Part shown: one piece after another, positions 9,049 to 19,004 of the stretch
Position numbering within the stretch: the stretch's first letter is position 1
Layout: the number at the start of each line of letters is the position of its first letter
Assembly: GCA_964566495.1 (NCBI GenBank)
Contig: CAZMIT010000008.1
Location: 1-29,388, forward strand
Source of the DNA: an uncultured bacterium
Lineage (GTDB): Bacteria; T1Sed10-126
Direction: 5' to 3'
DNA: 29,388 nt
Made by a program: the position numbers and the translations under genes
Notes under the pieces: model-generated
The model's database searches: none
What the model saw: the letters and a program-made list of their open reading frames with translations, nothing else
What the model was told of the DNA's origin: nothing

Positions 9049-12000
9049 TCATTCCGGCTATTTGCGGAGGAAAAAAGTGCCGTGTGACCGGGACCGAGCA
9101 AATTGTTAAGCCCCCGAGCCAGCTCCGGCTGGAGATTCACCCGACTGGAAAGTTCTAACCGGTTAGTTTCTGTGGTTTCCCTAATATATAACCTGACAGG
9201 GCTGTCGCCGCTAAATCCAGTTAAAAGCTGTTTAAGCTTTTGAAGCTGATCCATCCGCTGATGTTCGGTTAAGTATATCAACAAACCGAAACAATCCCCA
9301 CGACTTACCGGCTGAGCTCGAGTAACCATCCAGCCTTCAGAATCGTGAGCAAGCTTACAGAGCAAAACGTGGCGGTGCAGATCATCACCGGTTTCAGCGG
9401 CAGGCAGGACAAGTTCTTCGTCTTCACCCAAAAGCCTCAGGTAACGCGTTTCAGCGCGGGAATAGACTTCCTCACAGAGAGCCAATAACTGCGGTGGCGC
9501 CACTACCTGTTCGGGGTGAAAATCCTTTTCTACAAAATCGTGAGGACGTCCGGGAGTCATGAAAGTAAATAAGTCAGCAAATGACTGTAGTGGATGACCG
9601 GTCGGGTAATAACCAAGCGCTTCTTTCTGAGCGCGCGTGCGGCGTTGGAACGACCAGGACAGCGAACTGGAAGCAGTCAGTTCATCCAGCGGACCGCCGC
9701 CTTCACCAAAAAGGTTTTCCTGGCCGCGCTCACGCTCTCGATATGTCCGCCCTCCATGCTTGATAAGTTCTTCCGCCCGCTTGACAAGACCACCGCGATC
9801 CTCAACAAAACTATCAAAGTAGCCACTGGAGGCGAGCGATTGAAAGGCCCGGCGATGCAGCAGAGCAGGATCAACGCGACTTAAAAAATCATTCAAATCG
9901 GAAAACTCCTCCTCTTCCTGGCGCTCAATTATTTCCTGAGCCAGTTTAGCACTGACATGTTTAACAGCCATCAACCCATACCTGACCCCTTCCTCGGCAA
10001 CTGAAAACTCGGCCGCCGAATAGTTAACCCGGGGTGGTAAAAGACGGAAACCATCCTCCTGCATCGCCGCGGCGATACGACCAATCCGGTCGCGGTTGCC
10101 GGCCTTGACGGTACAGAGGGCCGCATAAAAACAACGGGTGTAATGGGCCTTCAAGTAGGCGGTGCGAAAAGTTATTTCAGCATAAGCAGCGCTGTGGGAA
10201 CGATTGAAACCATACTCGGCAAAATTGGAGAGAGTCTCAAAGAGTTGTTGCGCCCACTCCTCCTCGTAACCGTTTTCCCGGGCGCCGTCGATAAACTCCT
10301 CCTTTAACGAGGCCATCAGCTCGGCTTTCTTCTTGCCCATTGCCTCCCTGAAGGTATCGGCACGAGCCCAGCTAAAGCCGGCCACCCGACGAGCAATTGC
10401 CATTACCTGCTCCTGGTAAATAATTAAGCCATAGGTTGACTCCAGAATAGACTCCAGGTCTGGATGGGGATATTCAACCGGTTCCTCGCCCCGGCGGCGC
10501 TTAAGATAAGAATCGACTATCCCCGACTGCAGTGGACCGGGGCGGTAGAGAGCCAGACAATCCATCAGGTCCCTCCGAGTCTCGGGCTGCAGACGCTGGA
10601 CAAGATCACGACAGCCGGCGGTTTCAAACTGAAATACACCCTCCAGAGACTGCTCCTTCAACCAGGCACTGACCTGCGCATCGGTCTCGGGCAGCGCCGC
10701 CAGGTCGACTTCTTCACCGGACGGAAGTTTTTCCAGGGTAAGCTCCAGGAGGGTCAGTGTAGTCAGACCCAGTATATCCAGTTTTAAATAACCGAGCTGC
10801 GTCAGGTCATACATGTCATACTGAGAGGCGGTCTGCCCGTCTGACGACGGCCGGTAGAGGGGGAGCTGGGCGTCCAACTCACCCTCACCAATTAAAAGTC
10901 CGGCGGCGTGCAGAGAAGCGTTGCGGACCAGCCCCTCAAGTTTTTGCGCCTGTTCATACCACCGCTTGAAAGAGTCGGCCTCATTCAAAACTTTTTCCAG
11001 CCCCTCAAAACGGTCGGGTAGCTGGGCCAGCGGCTGATCAACGTCAACCGGAAATAATCCCAGCAAGCGGTCTATCCTCTGGCGCGACTCGCCCCGGATC
11101 CGACCGACGTCGCGCAGCGAGTTCCGAGCTTTCAGACGGCCGAAAGTTATTATCTGTGCGACCGACTGTTCTCCAAAACGTTGGCGCACATAATCAATTA
11201 CCTCGTCGCGCCGGCGGTCGGCAAAATCAAGATCAATGTCGGGCATCTCTTCGCGCTCACGATTTAGAAACCGCTCAAAAATTAAATCGTGCGCGAAGGG
11301 ATCAACTTCGGTAATTCCGAGCAGATAGGCGACAAAAGAACCGGCAGCCGAACCACGCCCCGGCCCAACCGCTATTCCCTGCTCCCGCGCCCAGTTGACA
11401 ATATCGGCAACGATAAGAAAGTAATCGGCAAAACCACGCGAGGTGATCACCTGCAGCTCCATCTCCAGCCGCTCGGCCGCCCCCTCCTCTTCAGTAGCGT
11501 AGTCTTTTTGTTTGAACGCCTGCTGACAGCGTTCCTTCAGGTGGGCGGCACTACCTTCTTCGCCGGCGGCTGGGTAGGAGGGCAACTGGTGGCTCCCGGT
11601 GCGAAACTCAAACGAACAACGCCGGGCTAGCTTTTCGGTCAGCTTTAGACGTTCCGCCTCCTTCCCCAACCAGTCACGCATTTGAGCCGCCCCGACGACG
11701 TGCTGTTGACGCCGGTGCGAGGGTAGCTCATCGAGCTCTTCCAGCTCAGTATTTGTCTGGACAGCCAGTCGCAAGGGCAAAACATCCGCGTCCTCAGGCG
11801 ACGGATAGTAAGCCGGATGGGTAAAAAGTACGGCGACCCCGTGCTCGTCCGCATACCTTAAATACTCCTGTTGTTTGGGCGAGAGAGGACCATAGACAGG
11901 TATTTCAACGTAATATCTGTCGCCATACAACTCTACTCCCTGTTTCAACTTGTCGGCAAAGTCAGGAAGCGAAAGTGTCAGGGGGGGACTGCCGGGTCCC

Positions 12001-12407
12001 GTTGACTCTGGGCCGAGCACAAACAAGCCCTCGCACATTTCAGCCAGCCGAGTGCGGGGAACGAAAAGTCCGTCGCTCTCACGCGTTCGATAACTCTTGC
12101 TTATAAGTTGACAGAGATTGGAATAACCTGTCTGGTTCTCAACCAGCACTCGAAGACGCGAAAAACTGGAGCGACGGCGCGAACTATCCGGCGCGCCCAC
12201 AATGAGCTCTGAACCCACCACCGGCTTAATTCCCCGCCGGAAAGCCTGCTGATGAAATTTAAAGGCACCAAATAAGTTGTGGGTATCGGTCAGCGCCGCA
12301 GCTTTCAACCCAAGCTCAGCCAACCGATCAAGATACTGCTCCACTGTCATACAACCGTCGCGGAGAGTGAATTCAGAGTGCGTGTTCAACGGGGCAAAAC
12401 CAGCCAT
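9045..12407 (-). CDS. dnaE: DNA polymerase III alpha subunit
   Basis: N-terminal PHP domain, GPGRGSAAGS, FERFLN, PDIDLDF (catalytic Asps), KLDILGL, ALYRPGP, YGFNRSHS, QENLF clamp-binding-like motif. Confidence 0.95.
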   Translation of the reverse strand: MAGFAPLNTHSEFTLRDGCMTVEQYLDRLAELGLKAAALTDTHNLFGAFKFHQQAFRRGIKPVVGSELIVGAPDSSRRRSSFSRLRVLVENQTGYSNLCQLISKSYRTRESDGLFVPRTRLAEMCEGLFVLGPESTGPGSPPLTLSLPDFADKLKQGVELYGDRYYVEIPVYGPLSPKQQEYLRYADEHGVAVLFTHPAYYPSPEDADVLPLRLAVQTNTELEELDELPSHRRQQHVVGAAQMRDWLGKEAERLKLTEKLARRCSFEFRTGSHQLPSYPAAGEEGSAAHLKERCQQAFKQKDYATEEEGAAERLEMELQVITSRGFADYFLIVADIVNWAREQGIAVGPGRGSAAGSFVAYLLGITEVDPFAHDLIFERFLNREREEMPDIDLDFADRRRDEVIDYVRQRFGEQSVAQIITFGRLKARNSLRDVGRIRGESRQRIDRLLGLFPVDVDQPLAQLPDRFEGLEKVLNEADSFKRWYEQAQKLEGLVRNASLHAAGLLIGEGELDAQLPLYRPSSDGQTASQYDMYDLTQLGYLKLDILGLTTLTLLELTLEKLPSGEEVDLAALPETDAQVSAWLKEQSLEGVFQFETAGCRDLVQRLQPETRRDLMDCLALYRPGPLQSGIVDSYLKRRRGEEPVEYPHPDLESILESTYGLIIYQEQVMAIARRVAGFSWARADTFREAMGKKKAELMASLKEEFIDGARENGYEEEWAQQLFETLSNFAEYGFNRSHSAAYAEITFRTAYLKAHYTRCFYAALCTVKAGNRDRIGRIAAAMQEDGFRLLPPRVNYSAAEFSVAEEGVRYGLMAVKHVSAKLAQEIIERQEEEEFSDLNDFLSRVDPALLHRRAFQSLASSGYFDSFVEDRGGLVKRAEELIKHGGRTYRERERGQENLFGEGGGPLDELTASSSLSWSFQRRTRAQKEALGYYPTGHPLQSFADLFTFMTPGRPHDFVEKDFHPEQVVAPPQLLALCEEVYSRAETRYLRLLGEDEELVLPAAETGDDLHRHVLLCKLAHDSEGWMVTRAQPVSRGDCFGLLIYLTEHQRMDQLQKLKQLLTGFSGDSPVRLYIRETTETNRLELSSRVNLQPELARGLNNLLGPGHTALFSSANSRND

Positions 12408-12431
12408 AAAATCACCGGAACAGAAACAGAG

Positions 12432-12459
12432 TTGATTTTTCAGTCCTGGAAGCTATGAT
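12432..12459 (+). promoter_or_regulatory. Possible sigma70 promoter for the pduS/pduT-like pair
   Basis: TTGATT-16 nt-TATGAT in the divergent intergenic region; motif match only. Confidence 0.3.
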
Positions 12460-12480
12460 ATTAACTACTCACTTTATCTT

Positions 12481-12520
12481 TCCCCTCACCCTGACCCTCT
12501 CCCTCAAGGGGAGAGGGGAT
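12481..12520 (+). repeat. BoxC-like intergenic palindromic repeat
   Basis: CCCCTCACCCTGACCCTCTCCC-tcaag-GGGAGAGGG: pyrimidine-rich tail plus a 9-bp stem (12495-12503/12509-12517). Confidence 0.75.
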
Positions 12521-12567
12521 AGATGAGTAGTTACCTATGATATTTGGATAGTAGAATTATACAAAAA

Positions 12568-13905
12568 ATGGGAGCGGATCGAACTATTAGTATAGTAGAA
12601 GCAGTAAAAGAAGCGGGAGTGATTGGCGCCGGCGGCGCTGGATTCCCGACTCATGTTAAATTAGACGCCGAGGTAGAGACCGTTATCGCCAACGGGGCGG
12701 AGTGTGAACCCCTGCTGTCGACGGACGTCCATCTTATGACTGAACGGGCTGAAGATGTAGTAGCGGGTCTGAAGCTGGCCGGCGAGGCAACTAACGCCAG
12801 CCGGCTTATAATCGCCCTTAAACGCAAGTATAAGCAGGCTACTGCCGCGCTGGAGAAGGCTATCGGTGACGATGATATTGAGCTTTACCTGATGGACAAC
12901 TACTATCCGGCCGGTGACGAAGTGGAGATGGTCCACGCCGTCACAGAAAAAATAGTCCCCGAAGGTGGAATCCCGCTGGACGTCGGAATAGTTGTCAGTA
13001 ACGTCAATACGCTGCTTAATGTCCACCTCGCTCAGTCTGAGAACCAGCCGGTAACCAGCCGCTGGATCACTGTGGCGGGTGAACTACATGAACCCTACAT
13101 CGCCGAGGCGCCAGTAGGAACAAAAGCCGGTGACCTGCTGGCGGCGGCCGGGCTGGCCACTGAGGAGCCAACGCTGATCACCGGCGGACCAATGACCGGA
13201 GACCTCGTGGATTTGGAGCATGGAATCACTAAAACATGCGGCGCCCTGATTGCCCTGCCGCCGGACAATACGACCGCAGTTCGCAAACGGCGAACGCCAC
13301 AGGTAGAATACCGGCGCGGCCAGTCAACTTGTGACCAGTGCTATGAATGCACAATCGTCTGCCCGCGCAATCACGTTGGGCACGATCTTTACCCGCACAA
13401 ACTTATGCGTAACCTATTTATTGCTCCCGAATATAGTAAAGCCGACCTGACCTCGGTTTACCTCTGTTGTGAATGTGGACTCTGTGACATGTATGCCTGC
13501 CCGCTCGACCTGTCGCCCCGCGACGTAATTGTGCAACTGCGCGGGGAACTGCAGGAGGCCGGAATTGATAACCCGCACAACCGCGAGGAGCTTCAAGAAC
13601 ACCCGGAAAAAGAATTTCGCAAGGTTAACGCCGACCGACTGTTGACGCGAATTGGATTGAAAAAATATGATCTGCACGACTTTCCCTTACGAGAAATAAA
13701 ACCAGGCGAAGTAAGTATCTCGCTCGACCAGCACGTTGGCCCCCCTTCCAAACCGACAGTCGAAGAGGGCCAGCGAGTGGCAAAAGGTGACTTAATTGCG
13801 GACATCCCGCAGGGCACGCTGGGCAGCAAGCTGCACGCCAGCATTGATGGAACTATAACTGAAATCAACGACAGTCAGATCGAAATTACCGCGGAGGAAG
13901 ACTGA
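12568..13905 (+). CDS. pduS: PduS-like / RnfC-family Fe-S flavoprotein (start uncertain, 12544-12586)
   Basis: AGVIGAGGAGFPTHVK, NGAECEP, YYPAGDE, GGPMTG, CDQCYECTIVCP and CCECGLCDMYACP 4Fe-4S motifs, C-terminal QHVGPPSKP...HASIDG sandwich domain; followed by a pduT-like gene. Confidence 0.88.
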   Translation: MGADRTISIVEAVKEAGVIGAGGAGFPTHVKLDAEVETVIANGAECEPLLSTDVHLMTERAEDVVAGLKLAGEATNASRLIIALKRKYKQATAALEKAIGDDDIELYLMDNYYPAGDEVEMVHAVTEKIVPEGGIPLDVGIVVSNVNTLLNVHLAQSENQPVTSRWITVAGELHEPYIAEAPVGTKAGDLLAAAGLATEEPTLITGGPMTGDLVDLEHGITKTCGALIALPPDNTTAVRKRRTPQVEYRRGQSTCDQCYECTIVCPRNHVGHDLYPHKLMRNLFIAPEYSKADLTSVYLCCECGLCDMYACPLDLSPRDVIVQLRGELQEAGIDNPHNREELQEHPEKEFRKVNADRLLTRIGLKKYDLHDFPLREIKPGEVSISLDQHVGPPSKPTVEEGQRVAKGDLIADIPQGTLGSKLHASIDGTITEINDSQIEITAEED

Positions 13906-13907
13906 CA

Positions 13908-14456
13908 ATGGAAAACGCAATTGGACTGGTAGAAACGAGCAGCATGGCACTGGGCCACGAAGTTACGGATGCAATGGTTAAAAGAGCCGACACTACCCTT
14001 GTAGAGGCACATACGGTCTGTCCGGGAAAATTCATTGCCCTGGTCACCGGTACCGTCGCCGACGTTGAAAAGTCTGTCGACCGAGGAATTGAAGTGGCCG
14101 GACACACGCTTGTGCAGGATTTAATTATTCCTAATATACACCCCCAGCTTATTCCCGCTATTCGCGACACTTCGGACGCTCATGAACTCGATGCACTGGG
14201 AATTGTAGAATTTTTCTCTGTATCGGCAACCATCATTGCCGCCGATGCCGCCGCCAAAAAATCAGAGGTCCAGCTCATTAACGTCCGGCTGGCCAACGCC
14301 ATGGGGGGCAAAGGCTACTTTACCCTGACGGGCAGCGTCGAAGCTGTCAACTCCGCCGTCGACGAGGCTTGTAATACGGTCAAGGGAGACGGTATACTAA
14401 TTGAACGGGTCGTCATTCCACGCCCGGACAAGTCATTGGAACCAAGCGTCCTTTAA
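13908..14456 (+). CDS. pduT: PduT-like tandem BMC shell protein (BMC-T) with Fe-S ligand Cys
   Basis: AIGLVETSS...DAMVK...TVCPGKF and ALGIVEFFSV...AADAAAK...GGKG: two BMC domains, 182 aa; GGAGG RBS. Confidence 0.9.
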   Translation: MENAIGLVETSSMALGHEVTDAMVKRADTTLVEAHTVCPGKFIALVTGTVADVEKSVDRGIEVAGHTLVQDLIIPNIHPQLIPAIRDTSDAHELDALGIVEFFSVSATIIAADAAAKKSEVQLINVRLANAMGGKGYFTLTGSVEAVNSAVDEACNTVKGDGILIERVVIPRPDKSLEPSVL

Positions 14457-14488
14457 ATTCTTCACATAACTGAGTTTACTTAAAAAAT

Positions 14489-14521
14489 CCTCTTTTCTGA
14501 CGGGAGAGGTTAGGGTTAGGG
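14489..14521 (-). repeat. Degenerate BoxC-like repeat, inverted relative to 12481-12520
   Basis: Reverse complement CCCTAACCCTAACCTCTCCCGTCAGAAAAGAGG aligns with CCCTCACCCTGACCCTCTCCCTCAAGGGGAGAGG. Confidence 0.65.
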
Positions 14522-14526
14522 TCAAG

Positions 14527-15162
14527 ATGAAAAAAATTTGGTGGACCTTCAGTCTGATCATTAGCCTGGCGATCGCACCGGGGCTTTTATACGGATCTAT
14601 GGGGCTGGGTGCACCGGGGATTTTTGAGCAGCAGTCGGGTCCTGTGACAGTGGGACCTTACCTTGGTTTCTCATCCGGGGGGTTTGGCTATGAAGCTGAT
14701 TTTGATGGCCGGTTTTATACTTATTCCGAAACTGCCGAACCGGCCGCCGGCTCAATTAAGGGCGGTTACCAATTTAACTCCTTTACAGCTATCGAATTAG
14801 AGCTCGCCCTGGGGGGGAACGACTCAGAATACGCTCCTTCCATTAATTCTGATTTTGAAGTTGACGTCAGATATTTCACTACGATTCAACTCAGAATAGA
14901 ATATCCCTCCTATATCATTCCTTACGCACTATTTGGCTTAACCCGCGGACGCATTATCTACGAGGACGCCAATAGACGCCATTCAACAATTTCCAGCAGT
15001 CCTGTGGCAGGCGTTGGGGTACGACTACCTTTACGCTCGGACCACCGTTCCTCAATATTTTTTGAAACAAAATTTCTTGGTGAGAGGATCTTCTCCAGAC
15101 AACGTCCTATTACCGATGACGAGCTGCATCAATTTGCCCTGGGGATAACCTTTGGACTTTAA
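14527..15162 (+). CDS. Outer-membrane beta-barrel protein (8-stranded OmpA-like transmembrane family)
   Basis: Signal peptide, GPYLG, KGGYQFNSFTAIELE, IPYALFG, GVGV, amphipathic C-terminal strand FALGITF. Confidence 0.75.
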   Translation: MKKIWWTFSLIISLAIAPGLLYGSMGLGAPGIFEQQSGPVTVGPYLGFSSGGFGYEADFDGRFYTYSETAEPAAGSIKGGYQFNSFTAIELELALGGNDSEYAPSINSDFEVDVRYFTTIQLRIEYPSYIIPYALFGLTRGRIIYEDANRRHSTISSSPVAGVGVRLPLRSDHRSSIFFETKFLGERIFSRQRPITDDELHQFALGITFGL

Positions 15163-15174
15163 CGGAGTGAAATT

Positions 15175-15660
15175 ATGAAGAAACTAAACCTTGTCTTTCT
15201 GTTTGTTCTGGTTTTATTTCTTTTGACGCCCGGCTGTCGCGGCGGCGGTCAATACACGGTTTCACCGGGGGAGCGTCCCCGCGTAATGATCGAAACGCCC
15301 CACCTTGACGAGGCGGATTTTCGAGGCCTAATCGCCAACTACTACTTAGATCAGAACTATAATTTAGAAACAAACCGTCCGGGCGAGCTGGTATTAATAA
15401 GTCCCCCCAGCGAAGGAGCCCTGGGGAACCAACATAATATAATTGAATTCAATTTTATCAGTCTGCGAAATCAGACACGAATAATTGCCAAACCCTATGA
15501 GGTAACAATGCGGGGCGGTCAAGCCGTTGACGCCCCCTCGCCGCTTCCCCCAGAAGCTCACTATAACAATGCTATCCAGGAATATTTGGATGAACTGGCG
15601 CGACTTGTTCGCCAGGAAGAAGCCTTTGAGGAGTTGATGGAGCTGGAACTGGAGCGCTGA
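15175..15660 (+). CDS. Putative lipoprotein
   Basis: MKK + hydrophobic stretch + LTPG-C lipobox-like site; GGAG RBS. Confidence 0.7.
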   Translation: MKKLNLVFLFVLVLFLLTPGCRGGGQYTVSPGERPRVMIETPHLDEADFRGLIANYYLDQNYNLETNRPGELVLISPPSEGALGNQHNIIEFNFISLRNQTRIIAKPYEVTMRGGQAVDAPSPLPPEAHYNNAIQEYLDELARLVRQEEAFEELMELELER

Positions 15661-15701
15661 TTCGCCAGTTTGATTTATTTCCTTTATCGGGGTGAAAACG
15701 T

Positions 15702-16634
15702 TTGATTTATCTATGTCGGTCGGTCAATAAATTTATTTTTATCCTGCTGGTTATATTTATGACCAGCTTCAGCTTATTTTTAAGTCTCCCACTCCAGGCG
15801 ACCACTGCCAGCCCGAGCGAGGAAGAACTGCGGCAACAGCTCGAATCGCTCCGACAGCTGCTGGCCGAACAGGAGACTCTCATTTCAGACCTTGAGGCGG
15901 AGAAGCTCGACCGGCCCGTGCATCCCGAGGTCAGCAGACTTCGTGAAGTAGTCGCAGAACTGGAAGAAGAAAACAAGCGACTCAGCGAAAAAACTGACGA
16001 AACCCAGGTCGATAGTAACGAATTAGAGGAAATGGAGACCCGGCTTGACACTAAAAGTGACTCTATCCATATCCTGCAGGAACAACTGGATGAGCGGCAC
16101 GAAGAACTGGAGCATTATCGTGAACTCTCCCAAAAAAGAGAAGATGAACTGCAGTCAATGGAATCCGAGCTTGAGGAAATTGAAGAGCTGGACGCCCAAC
16201 AGGCGGGGGATTTCATGCAAATCACGCTGGAAGAGGCAATACTATTTGAAGGCGGTGAAGCCGATCTGAAAGAAGCCGCACATCCCACCCTGAATCGCTT
16301 CATAGAAATTGCAGACACCTACTCTGAATATGTTGTCCAGGTGGAAGGCCACACCGACGACGTCCCACTCAGTGCCGGCCATGAATTTGATTCTAACTGG
16401 GAGCTGTCAGCGGCTCGCGCTGTAAACGTAGTCCGCTACATCGAAGATAACTCTGAGATAGATATGGAACGAGTAGTTGCCGCCGGCTACGGCCCCCATC
16501 AACCCCTGGTCCCTAATGACTCGCCTGAAAACCGGCGCAAAAACCGGCGAGTGGAAATAAGTCTTTATCCGCCTGAATTTTTAGAAGATGACCCGGAAGG
16601 TGCTGTTACCCCGGATGAAGATATTCTGGAATAA
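15702..16634 (+). CDS. OmpA/MotB-family peptidoglycan-binding protein with N-terminal anchor and long coiled coil
   Basis: EGHTDD, SNWELSAARA, AAGYG, NRRVEI; Glu/Leu heptads between the anchor and the binding domain; start uncertain. Confidence 0.88.
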   Translation: MIYLCRSVNKFIFILLVIFMTSFSLFLSLPLQATTASPSEEELRQQLESLRQLLAEQETLISDLEAEKLDRPVHPEVSRLREVVAELEEENKRLSEKTDETQVDSNELEEMETRLDTKSDSIHILQEQLDERHEELEHYRELSQKREDELQSMESELEEIEELDAQQAGDFMQITLEEAILFEGGEADLKEAAHPTLNRFIEIADTYSEYVVQVEGHTDDVPLSAGHEFDSNWELSAARAVNVVRYIEDNSEIDMERVVAAGYGPHQPLVPNDSPENRRKNRRVEISLYPPEFLEDDPEGAVTPDEDILE

Positions 16635-18876
16635 GTTCCCCGGTCACACAACTTGTTCAATACAGGTTGTTCTACTGCTGTTACTGTTGACTGCTTTCGC
16701 CCTCCCCTATCTTCCTGCCACAGCTAATGATTTTTTACAACCCGATCAGCCGCGGCGACTGCAAAGCCTCGGCCCTCGTTTTGAATTGCCACCGCTTAAT
16801 TATCGGGTTATTGAGGTTCGAGGCAACCCCTACCAGCTCCCCGAGGGAAGCACCGAGTGGCTTCCCCTGAATGAGGGAGATTTCTTGACCCCGCATACTC
16901 GTATTGCAACGCTCGACGACGACCTTGTTGTAATTGAGGTGGTTGGTATTTCCTATCTCCGGCTTAACGAAGCGAGCGAAATAACTGTGCGTGAGCTGAG
17001 CCGGAAACAGATAACCCGCGACGCTGAGGATGGCCTGGTGCGTACACAGCAGGAGAAGAGTCAAAACGAAATCAACCTGGAAATGTATCAGGGCGAACTG
17101 GATCAGACCCTGCGCCACCATGAGGACCAGGAGATAAACTACGAAGTAGAAACTCCTCAGGCCACCCTGGGAATTAGAGGTACTTCCTTCACGGCCCGGG
17201 TAGACGCGGACGGCACGGAGAGCGAAGTCCTCGACGGCCGGGTTGAATTTATACCCGAGCAGGGACTGGGCCGGGAACTGGGCCCCGGTCTTAAGAGTAG
17301 TGTGAAAACGGGGGACACTGATATTTCTGAACCGGAGATGCTGCCAGCAGAACGCCAAAAAGAGATGGAAGAGACACGCCGGCAGGCTCAGGAAGCGCTG
17401 CTCCTGGAACCAGAGCTTGACCCCCGACGAGCCGGTGGAAGCCGATTCAGGGAGATTGACACGGGAGTTTTCCAGGTCAGCCAGGATCACCACTTGCCCC
17501 AGGAAATTGAGGTTGAGGGAGAGGCCAGAGCCCTTGAGCCCGACCAGGAAATCGCCCGGGTAAAGGCCTGGCGCGCTGGCGATACCTTGCCCATAGAGGG
17601 AGTTGAGAACTGGAGTTTTAACGTTCAGATAGACACTCTACCGGTCGGACAAGCTGATACTATTCCCCTGCAAATGGTGGCCGAAGACGATACAGGCACC
17701 CGCTCGGACACTAAAAATTTATTCATCCAAACACAACACCCCGATCCGGAGGATGTCTTGCCCGTTGACTACAGCTCCGGCACAGTGCCCGTCGAACTTA
17801 AGCAACTGGGACAGCGCAGTGTTACCGGGGTTGAATTTCCTTATCAGCTCTACCTTGATGATCTGAGCGCAACTGACGTAATAACAGTGCGCGGTAGCGC
17901 CAGCTCAGACTCCCCGATTGAGGGAGTGGCTTACAGCTTGAACCGGGGCATAACCTGGTCGGAAGCAGAGGGGGACAGTCAGTGGAAGTTCGAAATTCCG
18001 TTTTCAGAGGATGAAGAATTTATCTTTTCCCCCCGGGTGGTTGCCTGGAACGCTAATGCGGAAATTGGAGAAGCGGAGGTGCTTCCTACCTTTCAGGTGG
18101 AGGAAATCTCTCACAACGAACAAATTGAGTCGCTGATGGAAACTTATCTGCGTAGTTTTTACATTCGCGATCCCAGGACAAGTCTGGATCTACACGCCGG
18201 CAATTTCGACTGGCTACTTAATAATCCGGGGAGTTTAACTGAAACAACACTCCAGCAGTTGTACAAAAAAATATTAGAGTTCGGTGAGAATATCCAGATC
18301 TTTACTTCTGTCGATCAAAGAATTGTAACGCACGAAGAAGCACAGGTCAGTCTTGAACTGCAAATTTTTGGCCGCCACAGTCCAACAGATCGCTGGTTTA
18401 CCATGTTCGCCAGCCCTGTTGACTTTTCCTGGGTTCGCATGCCGGGAGGCAATTATCAATTAAACGAACTACAGAATTTTCCCAGTAAAAACTATATCTA
18501 TAACTCCGAACCTATCCAGGCGACCGACCCGGATGGGATCTCGCTGGCTGAACTTGATACAACTGCTCCTGAGAAAGGGGAGCTTCAGGTGGATCAACAG
18601 TATGATAGCTGGGTTGTAAGTATTAATGAAACCCAAGCAACAGGCGGAGTCTTTAAGCTTGAGACGGAAGAAGTAAGTGAAGCTTTCCCTGTCCCTTCAC
18701 CTGGTTCTTTAGTTTACCAGCAGGCCGAACTTCTCGAACGAAACCGCTTGTATGCCTTTGCTCTCGAAGACCGGACCGGAAGGGAAAGGATTGGCCTGCT
18801 GCGGCCGACAAAGACAAACGACGAAAAGGTAAGTTTAGAACTCCTGCTCTACGAAGATTTACTGGACTTGCTATAA
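16588..18876 (+). CDS. Exported FecR-domain multidomain protein (start uncertain)
   Basis: Hydrophobic signal, LNEGDFL...IAT, YEVETPQATLGIRGTSF...VLDGRVEF (FecR domain), followed by beta-rich Ig-like repeats (VRGSASSDSPIEGVAYSLNRGITW). Confidence 0.75.
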   Translation: MTRKVLLPRMKIFWNKFPGHTTCSIQVVLLLLLLTAFALPYLPATANDFLQPDQPRRLQSLGPRFELPPLNYRVIEVRGNPYQLPEGSTEWLPLNEGDFLTPHTRIATLDDDLVVIEVVGISYLRLNEASEITVRELSRKQITRDAEDGLVRTQQEKSQNEINLEMYQGELDQTLRHHEDQEINYEVETPQATLGIRGTSFTARVDADGTESEVLDGRVEFIPEQGLGRELGPGLKSSVKTGDTDISEPEMLPAERQKEMEETRRQAQEALLLEPELDPRRAGGSRFREIDTGVFQVSQDHHLPQEIEVEGEARALEPDQEIARVKAWRAGDTLPIEGVENWSFNVQIDTLPVGQADTIPLQMVAEDDTGTRSDTKNLFIQTQHPDPEDVLPVDYSSGTVPVELKQLGQRSVTGVEFPYQLYLDDLSATDVITVRGSASSDSPIEGVAYSLNRGITWSEAEGDSQWKFEIPFSEDEEFIFSPRVVAWNANAEIGEAEVLPTFQVEEISHNEQIESLMETYLRSFYIRDPRTSLDLHAGNFDWLLNNPGSLTETTLQQLYKKILEFGENIQIFTSVDQRIVTHEEAQVSLELQIFGRHSPTDRWFTMFASPVDFSWVRMPGGNYQLNELQNFPSKNYIYNSEPIQATDPDGISLAELDTTAPEKGELQVDQQYDSWVVSINETQATGGVFKLETEEVSEAFPVPSPGSLVYQQAELLERNRLYAFALEDRTGRERIGLLRPTKTNDEKVSLELLLYEDLLDLL

Positions 18877-19004
18877 ACTTCTCCTCGATTGGAATTTCTT
18901 TCACACGGTTCTGCCCGCAGCTGTTCAGTCTGCTAATCTTTCAGCACCTGGTTCAATACTTACTCCAGTAGATTGGACACCCCCTCATCATTCCCAGAAA
19001 GTAA

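Noticed and set aside
12408..12567. Cobalamin riboswitch ahead of the pduS-like gene
   Set aside because: The gap is short, occupied by the BoxC-like repeat, and shows no B12-box.
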